Shown here piece by piece: positions 54,457 through 62,623 of a stretch of 64,000 nucleotides of DNA. The stretch comes from Acidobacteriota bacterium. GTDB lineage: Bacteria > Acidobacteriota > Terriglobia > Terriglobales > Acidobacteriaceae. Both the position numbers and the translations under genes were made by a program. How positions within the stretch are numbered: the first letter of the stretch is position 1; every line of letters starts with the position of its first letter. A model generated the notes under the pieces. That model did not search any database, had not been told where the DNA came from, and saw nothing but the letters and a program-made list of their open reading frames with translations. The stretch is from contig JBKPSP010000027.1 of NCBI GenBank assembly GCA_046735175.1, positions 220 through 64,219 of the forward strand, read 5' to 3'.

Positions 54457-56040
54457 ATGGCTGTTTCATACGACGCAATCGTCATCGGAGGCGGGCACAA
54501 CGGGCTCACGCATGCGGCGTATCTTGCGAAGGCGGGCAAGAAAGTGCTCGTGCTCGAGCGTCGGCACGTGCTCGGAGGGGCGGCGGTTACGGAGGAAGTT
54601 TTTCCGGGATTCAAGTTCTCGGTCTGCTCCTATGTTGTGTCGCTGTTGCGGCCGGAGATCATTCGCGATCTCGACCTGCCGCGGCATGGCCTCGAAATCC
54701 TTCCGCTGGACGGCACGTTCACGCCGATGCCTAATGGCGATTACCTGTGGCGCGTGAACGATCATGGCAGAACGTATCGCGAGATCGCACGGCACTCGCG
54801 ACTTGATGCGGATGCTTACGACGACTTCGGCAAGGCGATGCAGCCGATGTGCCACTTCGTGAAGCCGATTCTGAACATGGTGCCGCCCGACCCAACCGGG
54901 CTGAATCCGAAAGAACTTTCGAAGCTGCTGTTCATGGCTCGGCGATTCCAGAAGCTTTCGAGCGGTGATCGCTACAACCTGGTGCAGCTCATGACGATGA
55001 GTGCGGCGGACTTTCTCGATCAGTGGTTCGAGACGGATGTGCTCAAGGCGACGATGTCGGCGTCCGGGATTATCGGGACGTTTCTCGGAGTGCGTTCGCC
55101 CGGCACAGCGTACGTTTTGCTGCACCACTACATGGGCGAGATCGACGGCGCATTTCGCGCCTGGGGATTCGCACGTGGCGGCACCGGCGGAATTTCAAAT
55201 GCGATTGGCGACGCGGCGGTCGAAGCGGGCGTGGAGATTCGAAAGGAAGCGGGAGTTGCGAAGATTATCGTGAAAGCCGGGCGGGCTGTCGGCGTTGCGC
55301 TGAGCAACGGCGATGAAATCTACGGAAAGGTTATTTCATCGAGCGTCGATCCGCGGCATACGTTCATTGAGTTCATCGATAACGCAAATCTGCCAGGAGA
55401 CTTTCTCGACGAAGTTCGCCGATACAAATACCGGGGATCTTCGGGGAAAGTGAACCTTGCGCTCGATGCTCTGCCGGACTTCAGATGCATGCCCGGGCCG
55501 GGTGCGCACTTGCGCGGTGCGATTTCGATTTCGCCGGCAGTTGAATACATGGAGCGCGCTTACGACGACGCGAAATATGGGACGTTCTCGCGGCGTCCTT
55601 ATATCGACATGGTGATTCCGTCGTTGACTGATCCGAGCGTAGCGCCTCCGGGAAAACATGTGCTCTCATGCTTCGTGCAGTATGCACCGTACAAATTGAA
55701 GCCCGGGCTTGATTGGGACCAACTGCGCGATGATTTTGGGAACACAGTGATCGACACGATCTCGGAGTACGCGCCGAACCTGAAGAACATCATCCTGCAC
55801 AAACAGGTTGTGACGCCGCTCGATCTTGAACGCGAGTGGGGGCTGAGCGAGGGGAACATTTTTCAGGGCGAACTGTCGCTGGAGCAGCTTTTCTTTTTGC
55901 GTCCCGCACCGGGATGGGCGCGGTTCCGAACGCCGATCAAGAATCTGTACATGTGCGGCTCGGCAACGCATCCCGGCGGCGGGATCATGGGTGCGCCGGG
56001 AAGATTGTCGGCGCTGGAAGTTTTGAAAGATGTGGGTTGA
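54457..56040 (+). CDS. Phytoene-desaturase (CrtI)-family NAD(P)/FAD-dependent oxidoreductase, paralogue 1
   Basis: IVIGGGHNGL dinucleotide-binding motif, 527 aa, C-terminal GSATHPGGGI motif. Confidence 0.85.
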   Translation: MAVSYDAIVIGGGHNGLTHAAYLAKAGKKVLVLERRHVLGGAAVTEEVFPGFKFSVCSYVVSLLRPEIIRDLDLPRHGLEILPLDGTFTPMPNGDYLWRVNDHGRTYREIARHSRLDADAYDDFGKAMQPMCHFVKPILNMVPPDPTGLNPKELSKLLFMARRFQKLSSGDRYNLVQLMTMSAADFLDQWFETDVLKATMSASGIIGTFLGVRSPGTAYVLLHHYMGEIDGAFRAWGFARGGTGGISNAIGDAAVEAGVEIRKEAGVAKIIVKAGRAVGVALSNGDEIYGKVISSSVDPRHTFIEFIDNANLPGDFLDEVRRYKYRGSSGKVNLALDALPDFRCMPGPGAHLRGAISISPAVEYMERAYDDAKYGTFSRRPYIDMVIPSLTDPSVAPPGKHVLSCFVQYAPYKLKPGLDWDQLRDDFGNTVIDTISEYAPNLKNIILHKQVVTPLDLEREWGLSEGNIFQGELSLEQLFFLRPAPGWARFRTPIKNLYMCGSATHPGGGIMGAPGRLSALEVLKDVG

Positions 56041-56141
56041 TTCCTCTGTGTGACTCTGTGATCAGAAAAAGAACGAACAGTTCCCGATAGAAGCTTTAAC
56101 CACAGAGGACAGAGAGGTACACAGAGGAAAAGCCACAGAGA
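56041..56141. repeat. TTAACCACAGAGG-type inverted-repeat element between the two CrtI-family paralogues
   Basis: The left arm is ttcctctgtgtgactctgtga. The right arm is ttaaccacagaggacagagaggtacacagaggaaaagccacagagaagc. Confidence 0.85.
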
Positions 56142-56146
56142 AGCAA

Positions 56147-57736
56147 ATGCCTAACTCTCACGACATCGTCATTATCGGCGGCGGGCACAACGGCCTGGTC
56201 ACGGCATTTTATCTTGCCAAGGCCGGATTAAAGCCGCTGGTATTGGAGCGACGTAATCAGGTTGGCGGCGCGGCCATCACGGAGGAATTCCACCCTGGTT
56301 TTCGCACATCCGCCCTCGCGCACTCGGCGGGGCCGCTGCGCCCGGAAGTCGGGCGCGACATGCAGCTTGAGCGGCATGGGCTGAAGATCGTCACTCCTGA
56401 AATCGCGGTAACAACGCTTTCGCCTGATGGACGCGCGCTGATGATTCCGGCCGACATTAACAAAGCCGCGGAGCAAATCGCCAGGTTCTCGCAGGCGGAC
56501 GCTGCAAAGTACCGTGAGTTCCAGCCTGCATTAGAAAAAGCCTCACGGGTGATCGCAAAAACTCTGGCGATGACTCCGCCAGAAATTGAGAATCCGACGA
56601 AGGCTGATCTGTTCGGGCTGCTTCAGATCGGACGGTCCGTGCGCGGGCTAGGAAGGAAGAACACGTTCAACCTGCTGCGCTGGGCGCCGATGGCGGTTGC
56701 CGATCTTGCAGCTGAGTTTTTCGAAACAGAATTACTGCGCGCCACGGTTGCTGCTCGCGGGATATTCGGGACATTTCTGGGGCCGTGGTCGGCAGGGACG
56801 GCGCTGGTGCTGTTGCTTCGCGCCGCGGCGGACGCGACTCCGGTTGGCGGCAATTTCTTTGCTGTTGGCGGCGCAGGAGCGATCACGCAAGCGATGGCTG
56901 CCGCGGCACAGCAAGCCGGCGGGGAGATTCGCACTGGCGCGGAAGTGATTGAGATTCAGATCCAGGGCGGAGTGGCGCGCGGCGTGGTGCTGTCATCAGG
57001 AGAAGAGATCACGGCGCGCGCGGTGATTTCGAACGCCGATCCGAAGCGGACGTTCCTTAAGCTGACCGATCCTTCGTTGCTTTCGCCTACATTTACGAAA
57101 CGTCTGCAGAATTATCGGACGAATGGAACCGTCGCGAAGGTGAACCTGGCGCTCGCGGGGCTGCCGACTTTCAAGGGTCTTGAAGGGAATACCGAGGCGC
57201 TGAAAGGCCGAATGCAGATCGGGCATGAGATTGATTATCTGGAGCGCGCGTTTGATGAGTCGAAGTATGGGAACTTTTCGCGCGCGCCGTATCTGGAGAT
57301 CACGATCCCGTCGCTGACCGATCCTTCGCTTGCCCCGGACGGCAGGCACGTGATGTCTGTTTACATGCAGTACGCGCCTTACAAATTGAAGAATGGCACT
57401 TGGGACGATCAGCGTACCGCGCTCGGCGACACGGTGGTGAAGACGCTCGCACAATATGCGCCTGACCTGCCGGAGAAGATCTTGAGCCATCAGATCATCA
57501 CGCCTCAGGACCTTGAGGACAACTACGGGCTGACCGGCGGGCACATCTTCCACGGCGAACTGGCGCTGGATCAGGTGTTCACCATGCGTCCGATGCTGGA
57601 TTGGGCGCGGTACCGCACGCCGATTCACGGGTTGTATTTGTGCGGCTCGGGGACGCATCCCGGGACGGGGTTGACCGGCGGTTCGGGGCAGAATGCGGCG
57701 AGGGAGATTGTGAAGGATTTGAAGAACCGGCGGTGA
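56147..57736 (+). CDS. Phytoene-desaturase (CrtI)-family NAD(P)/FAD-dependent oxidoreductase, paralogue 2
   Basis: IIGGGHNGL motif and GSGTHPGTGL. Collinear similarity to paralogue 1 along the whole length. Confidence 0.85.
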   Translation: MPNSHDIVIIGGGHNGLVTAFYLAKAGLKPLVLERRNQVGGAAITEEFHPGFRTSALAHSAGPLRPEVGRDMQLERHGLKIVTPEIAVTTLSPDGRALMIPADINKAAEQIARFSQADAAKYREFQPALEKASRVIAKTLAMTPPEIENPTKADLFGLLQIGRSVRGLGRKNTFNLLRWAPMAVADLAAEFFETELLRATVAARGIFGTFLGPWSAGTALVLLLRAAADATPVGGNFFAVGGAGAITQAMAAAAQQAGGEIRTGAEVIEIQIQGGVARGVVLSSGEEITARAVISNADPKRTFLKLTDPSLLSPTFTKRLQNYRTNGTVAKVNLALAGLPTFKGLEGNTEALKGRMQIGHEIDYLERAFDESKYGNFSRAPYLEITIPSLTDPSLAPDGRHVMSVYMQYAPYKLKNGTWDDQRTALGDTVVKTLAQYAPDLPEKILSHQIITPQDLEDNYGLTGGHIFHGELALDQVFTMRPMLDWARYRTPIHGLYLCGSGTHPGTGLTGGSGQNAAREIVKDLKNRR

Positions 57737-57854
57737 GCTTCTCTGCGGCCTCGTTGGTTTTCCCTGCGTACTCTGCGGTTAAGAGCTTTTCGGCAGCTAA
57801 GAGATCTTAACCGCAGAGGTCGCCGAGAAAAATCGCGGAGATCGCCGAGAAAAC
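57737..57854. repeat. TTAACCGCAGAG-type inverted-repeat element
   Basis: ...ctctgcggttaagagct ... agatcttaaccgcagaggtcgccgagaaaaatcgcggagatcgccgagaaaa begins at the base after the stop codon. Confidence 0.85.
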
Positions 57855-57902
57855 TCTTATCCAAGCCGATTGGTCGGGTACCATCGCATTTACCGAACCT
57901 AC

Positions 57903-58760
57903 ATGACAAGGAATTCTGCCGTTCTGCTACTGAGCTGTCCCGACCGCAAGGGCATCGTCGCGGCGGTGTCGGGATTCGTTGCGCAGCATGGGGGCAACAT
58001 TCTGCACGCTGATGAACATGGAGATCACGACTCCGACACGTTTCTGATGCGCGTCGAGTTCGATCCTGCAGGGCTCGATTTGCCGCTGACCGATTTCAAT
58101 TGGCAGTTCAAGAAAATTGCCGAACAGTTCTCCATGCAGTGGCGGCTGGCGCTCTCGGATGTGCGGCAGCGCATGGCGATTCTGGTTTCGAAGTACGACC
58201 ACTGCCTGGTGGACCTGCTGTATCGGCACAAGAGCGGAGAGTTGGCTTGCGACATTCCCTGCATTGTTTCAAATCACGCGGACAGCCAAGCCATCGCAGA
58301 TTTTTACCGCATCCCGTTTTATCTGATTCCAGTTGAGAAGGACGCCAAGCGAGCAGCCGAAGGCCAGATTCTGGCACTGCTTGAGCGCAACGCGGTGGAC
58401 TTCATCGTGCTCGCGCGCTACATGCAGATTCTCTCGACGGATTTTGTAAACAAATATCCCAGCCGCATCATCAACATTCATCATTCGTTTTTGCCGGCGT
58501 TTGTTGGGAGCAGGCCCTATCATCAGGCATTCGAGCGCGGCGTGAAGCTGATCGGCGCAACCAGCCACTACGTCACCGAAGTGCTTGACGACGGTCCCAT
58601 CATCGAGCAGGATGTGGTGCGCGTTTCGCATCGCGATTCGGTCGAAGATTTGATTCAGAAGGGGCGCGATCTGGAGAAGGTGGTGCTGTCGCGCGCGGTG
58701 CGGTGGCACATTGAGAATCGGGTGCTGCTTTATGGGAACAAGACTGTAGTGTTTGAGTAA
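57903..58760 (+). CDS. purU: Formyltetrahydrofolate deformylase
   Basis: N-terminal ACT domain (VLLLSCPDRKGIVAAVSGFV) and a formyltransferase core (INIHHSFLPAF.G..PY.QA). Start at ATG 57903. Confidence 0.93.
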   Translation: MTRNSAVLLLSCPDRKGIVAAVSGFVAQHGGNILHADEHGDHDSDTFLMRVEFDPAGLDLPLTDFNWQFKKIAEQFSMQWRLALSDVRQRMAILVSKYDHCLVDLLYRHKSGELACDIPCIVSNHADSQAIADFYRIPFYLIPVEKDAKRAAEGQILALLERNAVDFIVLARYMQILSTDFVNKYPSRIINIHHSFLPAFVGSRPYHQAFERGVKLIGATSHYVTEVLDDGPIIEQDVVRVSHRDSVEDLIQKGRDLEKVVLSRAVRWHIENRVLLYGNKTVVFE

Positions 58761-58844
58761 TTTAGAACCGGGGTCCTTCGGATCCAGGGTTCCCGCCCTG
58801 GAATAGAAGTATTGAGATTGCTTACCCGGGCGCATGAATCTATC

Positions 58845-59708
58845 ATGCCTGCTACAAAGGAAAAACATGGCCGCACAAGACCAATTACTGTATGTGTAAT
58901 TAACCTGAAGGGCGGTGTGGGAAAGTCTACTATTGCCGCTCTACTGGCACGAAGAGCGTTTACGAGAGGTCTGGATGTTCTGGCAATTGATCTTGACCCG
59001 CAAGCGAACCTTAGCCAGGGGCTTATGCACAGTGATTACAGAGAGTTCTTGAAACAGCAACGCCCTTCCATAGTTGAAGTTTTCAGCGGATACATCCCAC
59101 CATCTAAACAGGCATCGTCGCCCTCTTCCCTCCCTATCAACGCCACATTCGAAGTTATCGCCCAATCAGACGCTAAGTCACTTCAATTAATTCCGGCGCG
59201 GTTTGATTTTTCTGACAACTTACTGGGTGCAATTCGGCCAGATCCTAAGGTGCTTGCCAAGTTTCTAAGTTCGAATTTCAAGCATAAAGACCTCATCATC
59301 ATTGACTGCTCACCGACGGAGTCGATTCTAACAACCGCCGCCTACCATGCTAGTGGCAACGTGCTAGTACCCGTAAAACCTGAGTACTTTGCCACGGTGG
59401 GCTTTCCATTACTACGAGAGTCTCTTGAGAATTTCAGGAGCCATAATCGCGCCCACCACATTTCTGTTGTGGGTGTCGTTATCAACAATGCCTTCTACGA
59501 TGGGGGAAACAACGGAGGTCCCGAGAAGACGCGCGCCCTGGCTGATATTAGAACGGAGGCCAAGAAGAATGGGTGGAGAGTGTATGCGCACGAAATTGAG
59601 CACTCGAGAGGATTCCCCAAGATCATGCGCGGCGACTACAGTTATCCCGGCAATGCCCAATATTTCTACACATTTGCGAATGAATTCTTCGAATCTATTG
59701 GTGTGTAG
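58845..59708 (+). CDS. ParA/MinD-superfamily (deviant Walker A) ATPase, orphan
   Basis: VINLKGGVGKSTIA (deviant Walker A), DLDPQANLS (A') and LIIIDCSP (Walker B). No parB-like gene nearby. The first 120 nt have 57 G+C by hand count, versus 70/119 in purU. Confidence 0.85.
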   Translation: MPATKEKHGRTRPITVCVINLKGGVGKSTIAALLARRAFTRGLDVLAIDLDPQANLSQGLMHSDYREFLKQQRPSIVEVFSGYIPPSKQASSPSSLPINATFEVIAQSDAKSLQLIPARFDFSDNLLGAIRPDPKVLAKFLSSNFKHKDLIIIDCSPTESILTTAAYHASGNVLVPVKPEYFATVGFPLLRESLENFRSHNRAHHISVVGVVINNAFYDGGNNGGPEKTRALADIRTEAKKNGWRVYAHEIEHSRGFPKIMRGDYSYPGNAQYFYTFANEFFESIGV

Positions 59709-59734
59709 CTGTAGGAATTCGGTAGGATAAACAG

Positions 59735-60265
59735 ATGAAGAACCAAAATGGCGTTCTGCCCAGATTGGTCCAAATACTGGTGGACGAGTGGGGGTACGAC
59801 AGAGTAGCGCAAGAACTCTCTCGTGTTAACCGATTCTCGGATATTTCTTTGCCCTCACGCCGTTCAAGAAATGGTTCGGCGAAACGCAGGCTCAATCCAA
59901 CGGAGCAAGTACAGAAGATGCCACTCGAGTCGGGCCGACGAGAGGCGCTACTGCGACTCGCGAAGCGATATGAAGAGCGACAATTTTTGCCAAATGTCGC
60001 GGCAGTCAGAGAATTTTTGTCGATGGCGGGTTACGATCCAGGTCCGATGAAGGATCGGGATCAAGCGTTTCGAACCCTACTCTTAACGCTTCTTCAACTT
60101 CCAACTGAGCGGCTCAACCAGCTGACGCACTCTTCCCTGCACTCAGGTCCTTCGCAGCTCGGCCCAATATCTGACGCAATTGCAGCGGCGGGAGAACAGA
60201 TGCCGAGGCGGGCCCATCCATCCGACACGTCCTCGAACTCCGAACATGAGGTGCAAAAGTTTTGA
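59735..60265 (+). CDS. Hypothetical 176-aa protein, candidate ParA partner
   Basis: It starts 26 nt after the ParA-like gene and has the same AT-richer composition. It has a basic stretch (SRRSRNGSAKRR) and a Ser/Pro-rich C-terminus. No domain recognised. Confidence 0.55.
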   Translation: MKNQNGVLPRLVQILVDEWGYDRVAQELSRVNRFSDISLPSRRSRNGSAKRRLNPTEQVQKMPLESGRREALLRLAKRYEERQFLPNVAAVREFLSMAGYDPGPMKDRDQAFRTLLLTLLQLPTERLNQLTHSSLHSGPSQLGPISDAIAAAGEQMPRRAHPSDTSSNSEHEVQKF

Positions 60266-60351
60266 CAGGTTTTCCTTACCAAGGTAACTACCTCGTAATC
60301 CCTCCCCTCTGGCAGTATTAATTTGGAACCGGTTTCATCGAGGGAAAACTA

Positions 60352-61854
60352 TTGGCTGAAGATCCCAAATGGGAGCTTGCCATCCTCGCCACCGTGCAGG
60401 GCTTTTACGAGAAGCTTTTGCAGGAGGCGGTGGAGGGCGAGGTACCTGTGCCTGCGGGTCTCGAGACTGTCTCACTGCAAGGAGATGATGACGTCGGGGG
60501 CATGCTGGCGGCAATGCGGCGCTGGCTGCGTCTGCTCGACATGGCAATTTCTCCGGCAATGCTGCGCCGCGCTTTTGGCGAGCAGACCGATCCCGAGATC
60601 GCCGAGGCCATGCTCCGTTATTTTGTGCGGAAGAAAGAGCACACGGAATCCGACCGCGACAAGACCGACATTGTTGCCACGTTCTTGTACCGGCATCCGC
60701 GCGTGCCAGGGCAGTGGGAGCAGCGCGGCTACGGACTGGATGGATCGCTGCCGCTTTCGCCGTTTGAAATCGCGCTGATCGAGATTCTTGCCGATTCCGA
60801 CCTGCCCGAGTTGCCGGAAGAACATCTGCAACTGCTGCGCCGCTTCGATCCGCTGGAAGAGCAGGTGCTTCGTTTTCGCGATCTGAATGCGCTGCTTGAG
60901 TCGGGGCTGATTCAGACCGTGCGTCAGTTGAAGGGGACGCTCGAAGATTCGTTCTTTCATCCCGGCGTGCTGGCGACGATCGCGCCTTACAACGCGACAT
61001 TTGGCGCGAAGTTCGATGAACTGTTTCGCGAGGCGACGAAACAGATCAAAGATTTCTCTACCGAGCTGGAAGACCAGGGCGGAACGATTCTCGGCAGCGT
61101 GGATGGCGTGGATGTAACCGTCGATCACGTCAAGGCAATGGACGAGGACAATCTGCTCAAGCTCGATTATGGTCAGGCGCTCGACAAGTTCCGCCGGGTT
61201 TCGAAGTTAAAGCAGACGCTGGAACAGAAGCCTCCCATGAAGCGCGGATCGAAGCCGGCGAAACCCGCGCCGAAACCAGCCGTGAAGACGGCGAGCGCGG
61301 TGGTGGTAAATGCGCCTTTCAATTTGAAGGCGATGCGGAAAGCGGTCACGCCGCAGCAGGTGGCGGCGGAAGAGACCAAGCTGTTGAAGGTCGAGGAGTC
61401 GGTAAGAATTTTCGTGCGCGTGGCCGATCCGAAGTTCCGGCAAGTGGTGCCGATGCGGTTCTTCAACCTGACGCTCACTCCGGCGGAAGCCGACGCATAT
61501 TGCGCGGACTATCTCGAAGAGAAAAGCTTGCGTGCCGGCGTAGCGCGAGTGCTGTTGCGGCTTGTAGCCGTGACGGCCCGGCTGATCACGGAGCTTGAGG
61601 AGTTGAAGCGGGCGAACAAATCTCCTTCGCTTTGGAAGCTGCATGCAGATTCGCTGGTCACGCTGCTCGAAATCGGCGCGAACGCCACGGAGAACGCCGA
61701 GAAGGTCTGCAATCTGGCTGGACAGCGTGGGCACCGGCAGCAGGTGGAAGAAGTCCAGACGTCGCTCAAGAAGCTTCGAGATTACAGCGGGATTGCGGAG
61801 CGCACGCTAACGGGATCGGCGGAGGCCAAGAGCGCGGCGGCGGGGGCGGATTAG
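60352..61854 (+). CDS. Hypothetical 500-aa protein (two helical halves joined by a Lys/Pro/Ala-rich linker)
   Basis: Long uninterrupted ORF with host-like G+C. TTG start uncertain; the next in-frame ATG is 50 codons downstream. No domain recognised. Confidence 0.6.
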   Translation: MAEDPKWELAILATVQGFYEKLLQEAVEGEVPVPAGLETVSLQGDDDVGGMLAAMRRWLRLLDMAISPAMLRRAFGEQTDPEIAEAMLRYFVRKKEHTESDRDKTDIVATFLYRHPRVPGQWEQRGYGLDGSLPLSPFEIALIEILADSDLPELPEEHLQLLRRFDPLEEQVLRFRDLNALLESGLIQTVRQLKGTLEDSFFHPGVLATIAPYNATFGAKFDELFREATKQIKDFSTELEDQGGTILGSVDGVDVTVDHVKAMDEDNLLKLDYGQALDKFRRVSKLKQTLEQKPPMKRGSKPAKPAPKPAVKTASAVVVNAPFNLKAMRKAVTPQQVAAEETKLLKVEESVRIFVRVADPKFRQVVPMRFFNLTLTPAEADAYCADYLEEKSLRAGVARVLLRLVAVTARLITELEELKRANKSPSLWKLHADSLVTLLEIGANATENAEKVCNLAGQRGHRQQVEEVQTSLKKLRDYSGIAERTLTGSAEAKSAAAGAD

Positions 61855-61901
61855 GTCTCGCTGACGTAGAGCCGTCAATCAGAACCCCATAGGAACACGG
61901 C

Positions 61902-62531
61902 ATGCCTCGTGCTAGTACCCTGAGCGAAATCATCGACATGTTGTGGGACCACCCCGAAAATGCGGAGTGGACTCCAAAACTTAAAGATATTCCTGGGCCG
62001 CTTTTTCGCGAATGGATGGCCAGCCGCGATATAGAGATCCTCGGGTTTGTATATTCGACGCTTGGCAACCAAAAATTTCGTGTTGAGCCGGAACTCTCAC
62101 TCGATGAGTACCTCAAATTCGTAAGGAACTACTACGAGCGGTGCTTCTTTGAGAATCCCGATGGCGAGTGGTCGGACAGCAGATACTCAGCAGGCTGGGA
62201 TCTGGTGAATGTGCTGGCATTCCAGTGGGATAGTTCGCAAGTGCCGCGGTCGGTCATGGAAGATTGGAAGAACTGGCTCGCTGAGAACTACAGACGCGGC
62301 TCAGAAGAGGTCCGGACCTGCATAATTAGTGCTACCCTCGAACATTTGTTCGAGAGGGGAACCATGCGCAAGTTCTTTGCCGATTGGGTGAAGGATCCAG
62401 TCCTAAGAACGGCTTACGAACATGCTCTACTTTGGTATGCGGGAGGCGGAAGGACACCACTTGGCAAGAGCACTGCTGTTCAGCCCCGCGTTCGATCTCA
62501 GCTGGAAAAGAGCCGTCTTTGCAAGAAATAG
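61902..62531 (+). CDS. Hypothetical 209-aa Trp-rich protein
   Basis: Uninterrupted ORF with no signal peptide and no domain recognised. Confidence 0.5.
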   Translation: MPRASTLSEIIDMLWDHPENAEWTPKLKDIPGPLFREWMASRDIEILGFVYSTLGNQKFRVEPELSLDEYLKFVRNYYERCFFENPDGEWSDSRYSAGWDLVNVLAFQWDSSQVPRSVMEDWKNWLAENYRRGSEEVRTCIISATLEHLFERGTMRKFFADWVKDPVLRTAYEHALLWYAGGGRTPLGKSTAVQPRVRSQLEKSRLCKK

Positions 62532-62552
62532 ATTATCTACCCCGATCAAATA

Positions 62553-62572
62553 GGCGGGCGAGGACGCCCGCC
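62553..62572. terminator. GC-rich hairpin between convergent genes
   Basis: ggcgggcg-agga-cgcccgcc, an 8-bp perfect stem. No clear U-tract. Confidence 0.5.
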
Positions 62573-62588
62573 GCACACAGTCAGTTTT

Positions 62589-62623
62589 ACTGACGGCTGA
62601 CGGCTGATAGCTGACAGCTAATT
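62589..62623. repeat. Heptamer array (GCTGACG/GCTGATA/GCTGACA x5) overlapping the RNase E/G stop codon
   Basis: actgacg gctgacg gctgata gctgaca gctaatt. The stop codon (cta on the plus strand, 62618-62620) lies in the last unit. Confidence 0.8.
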
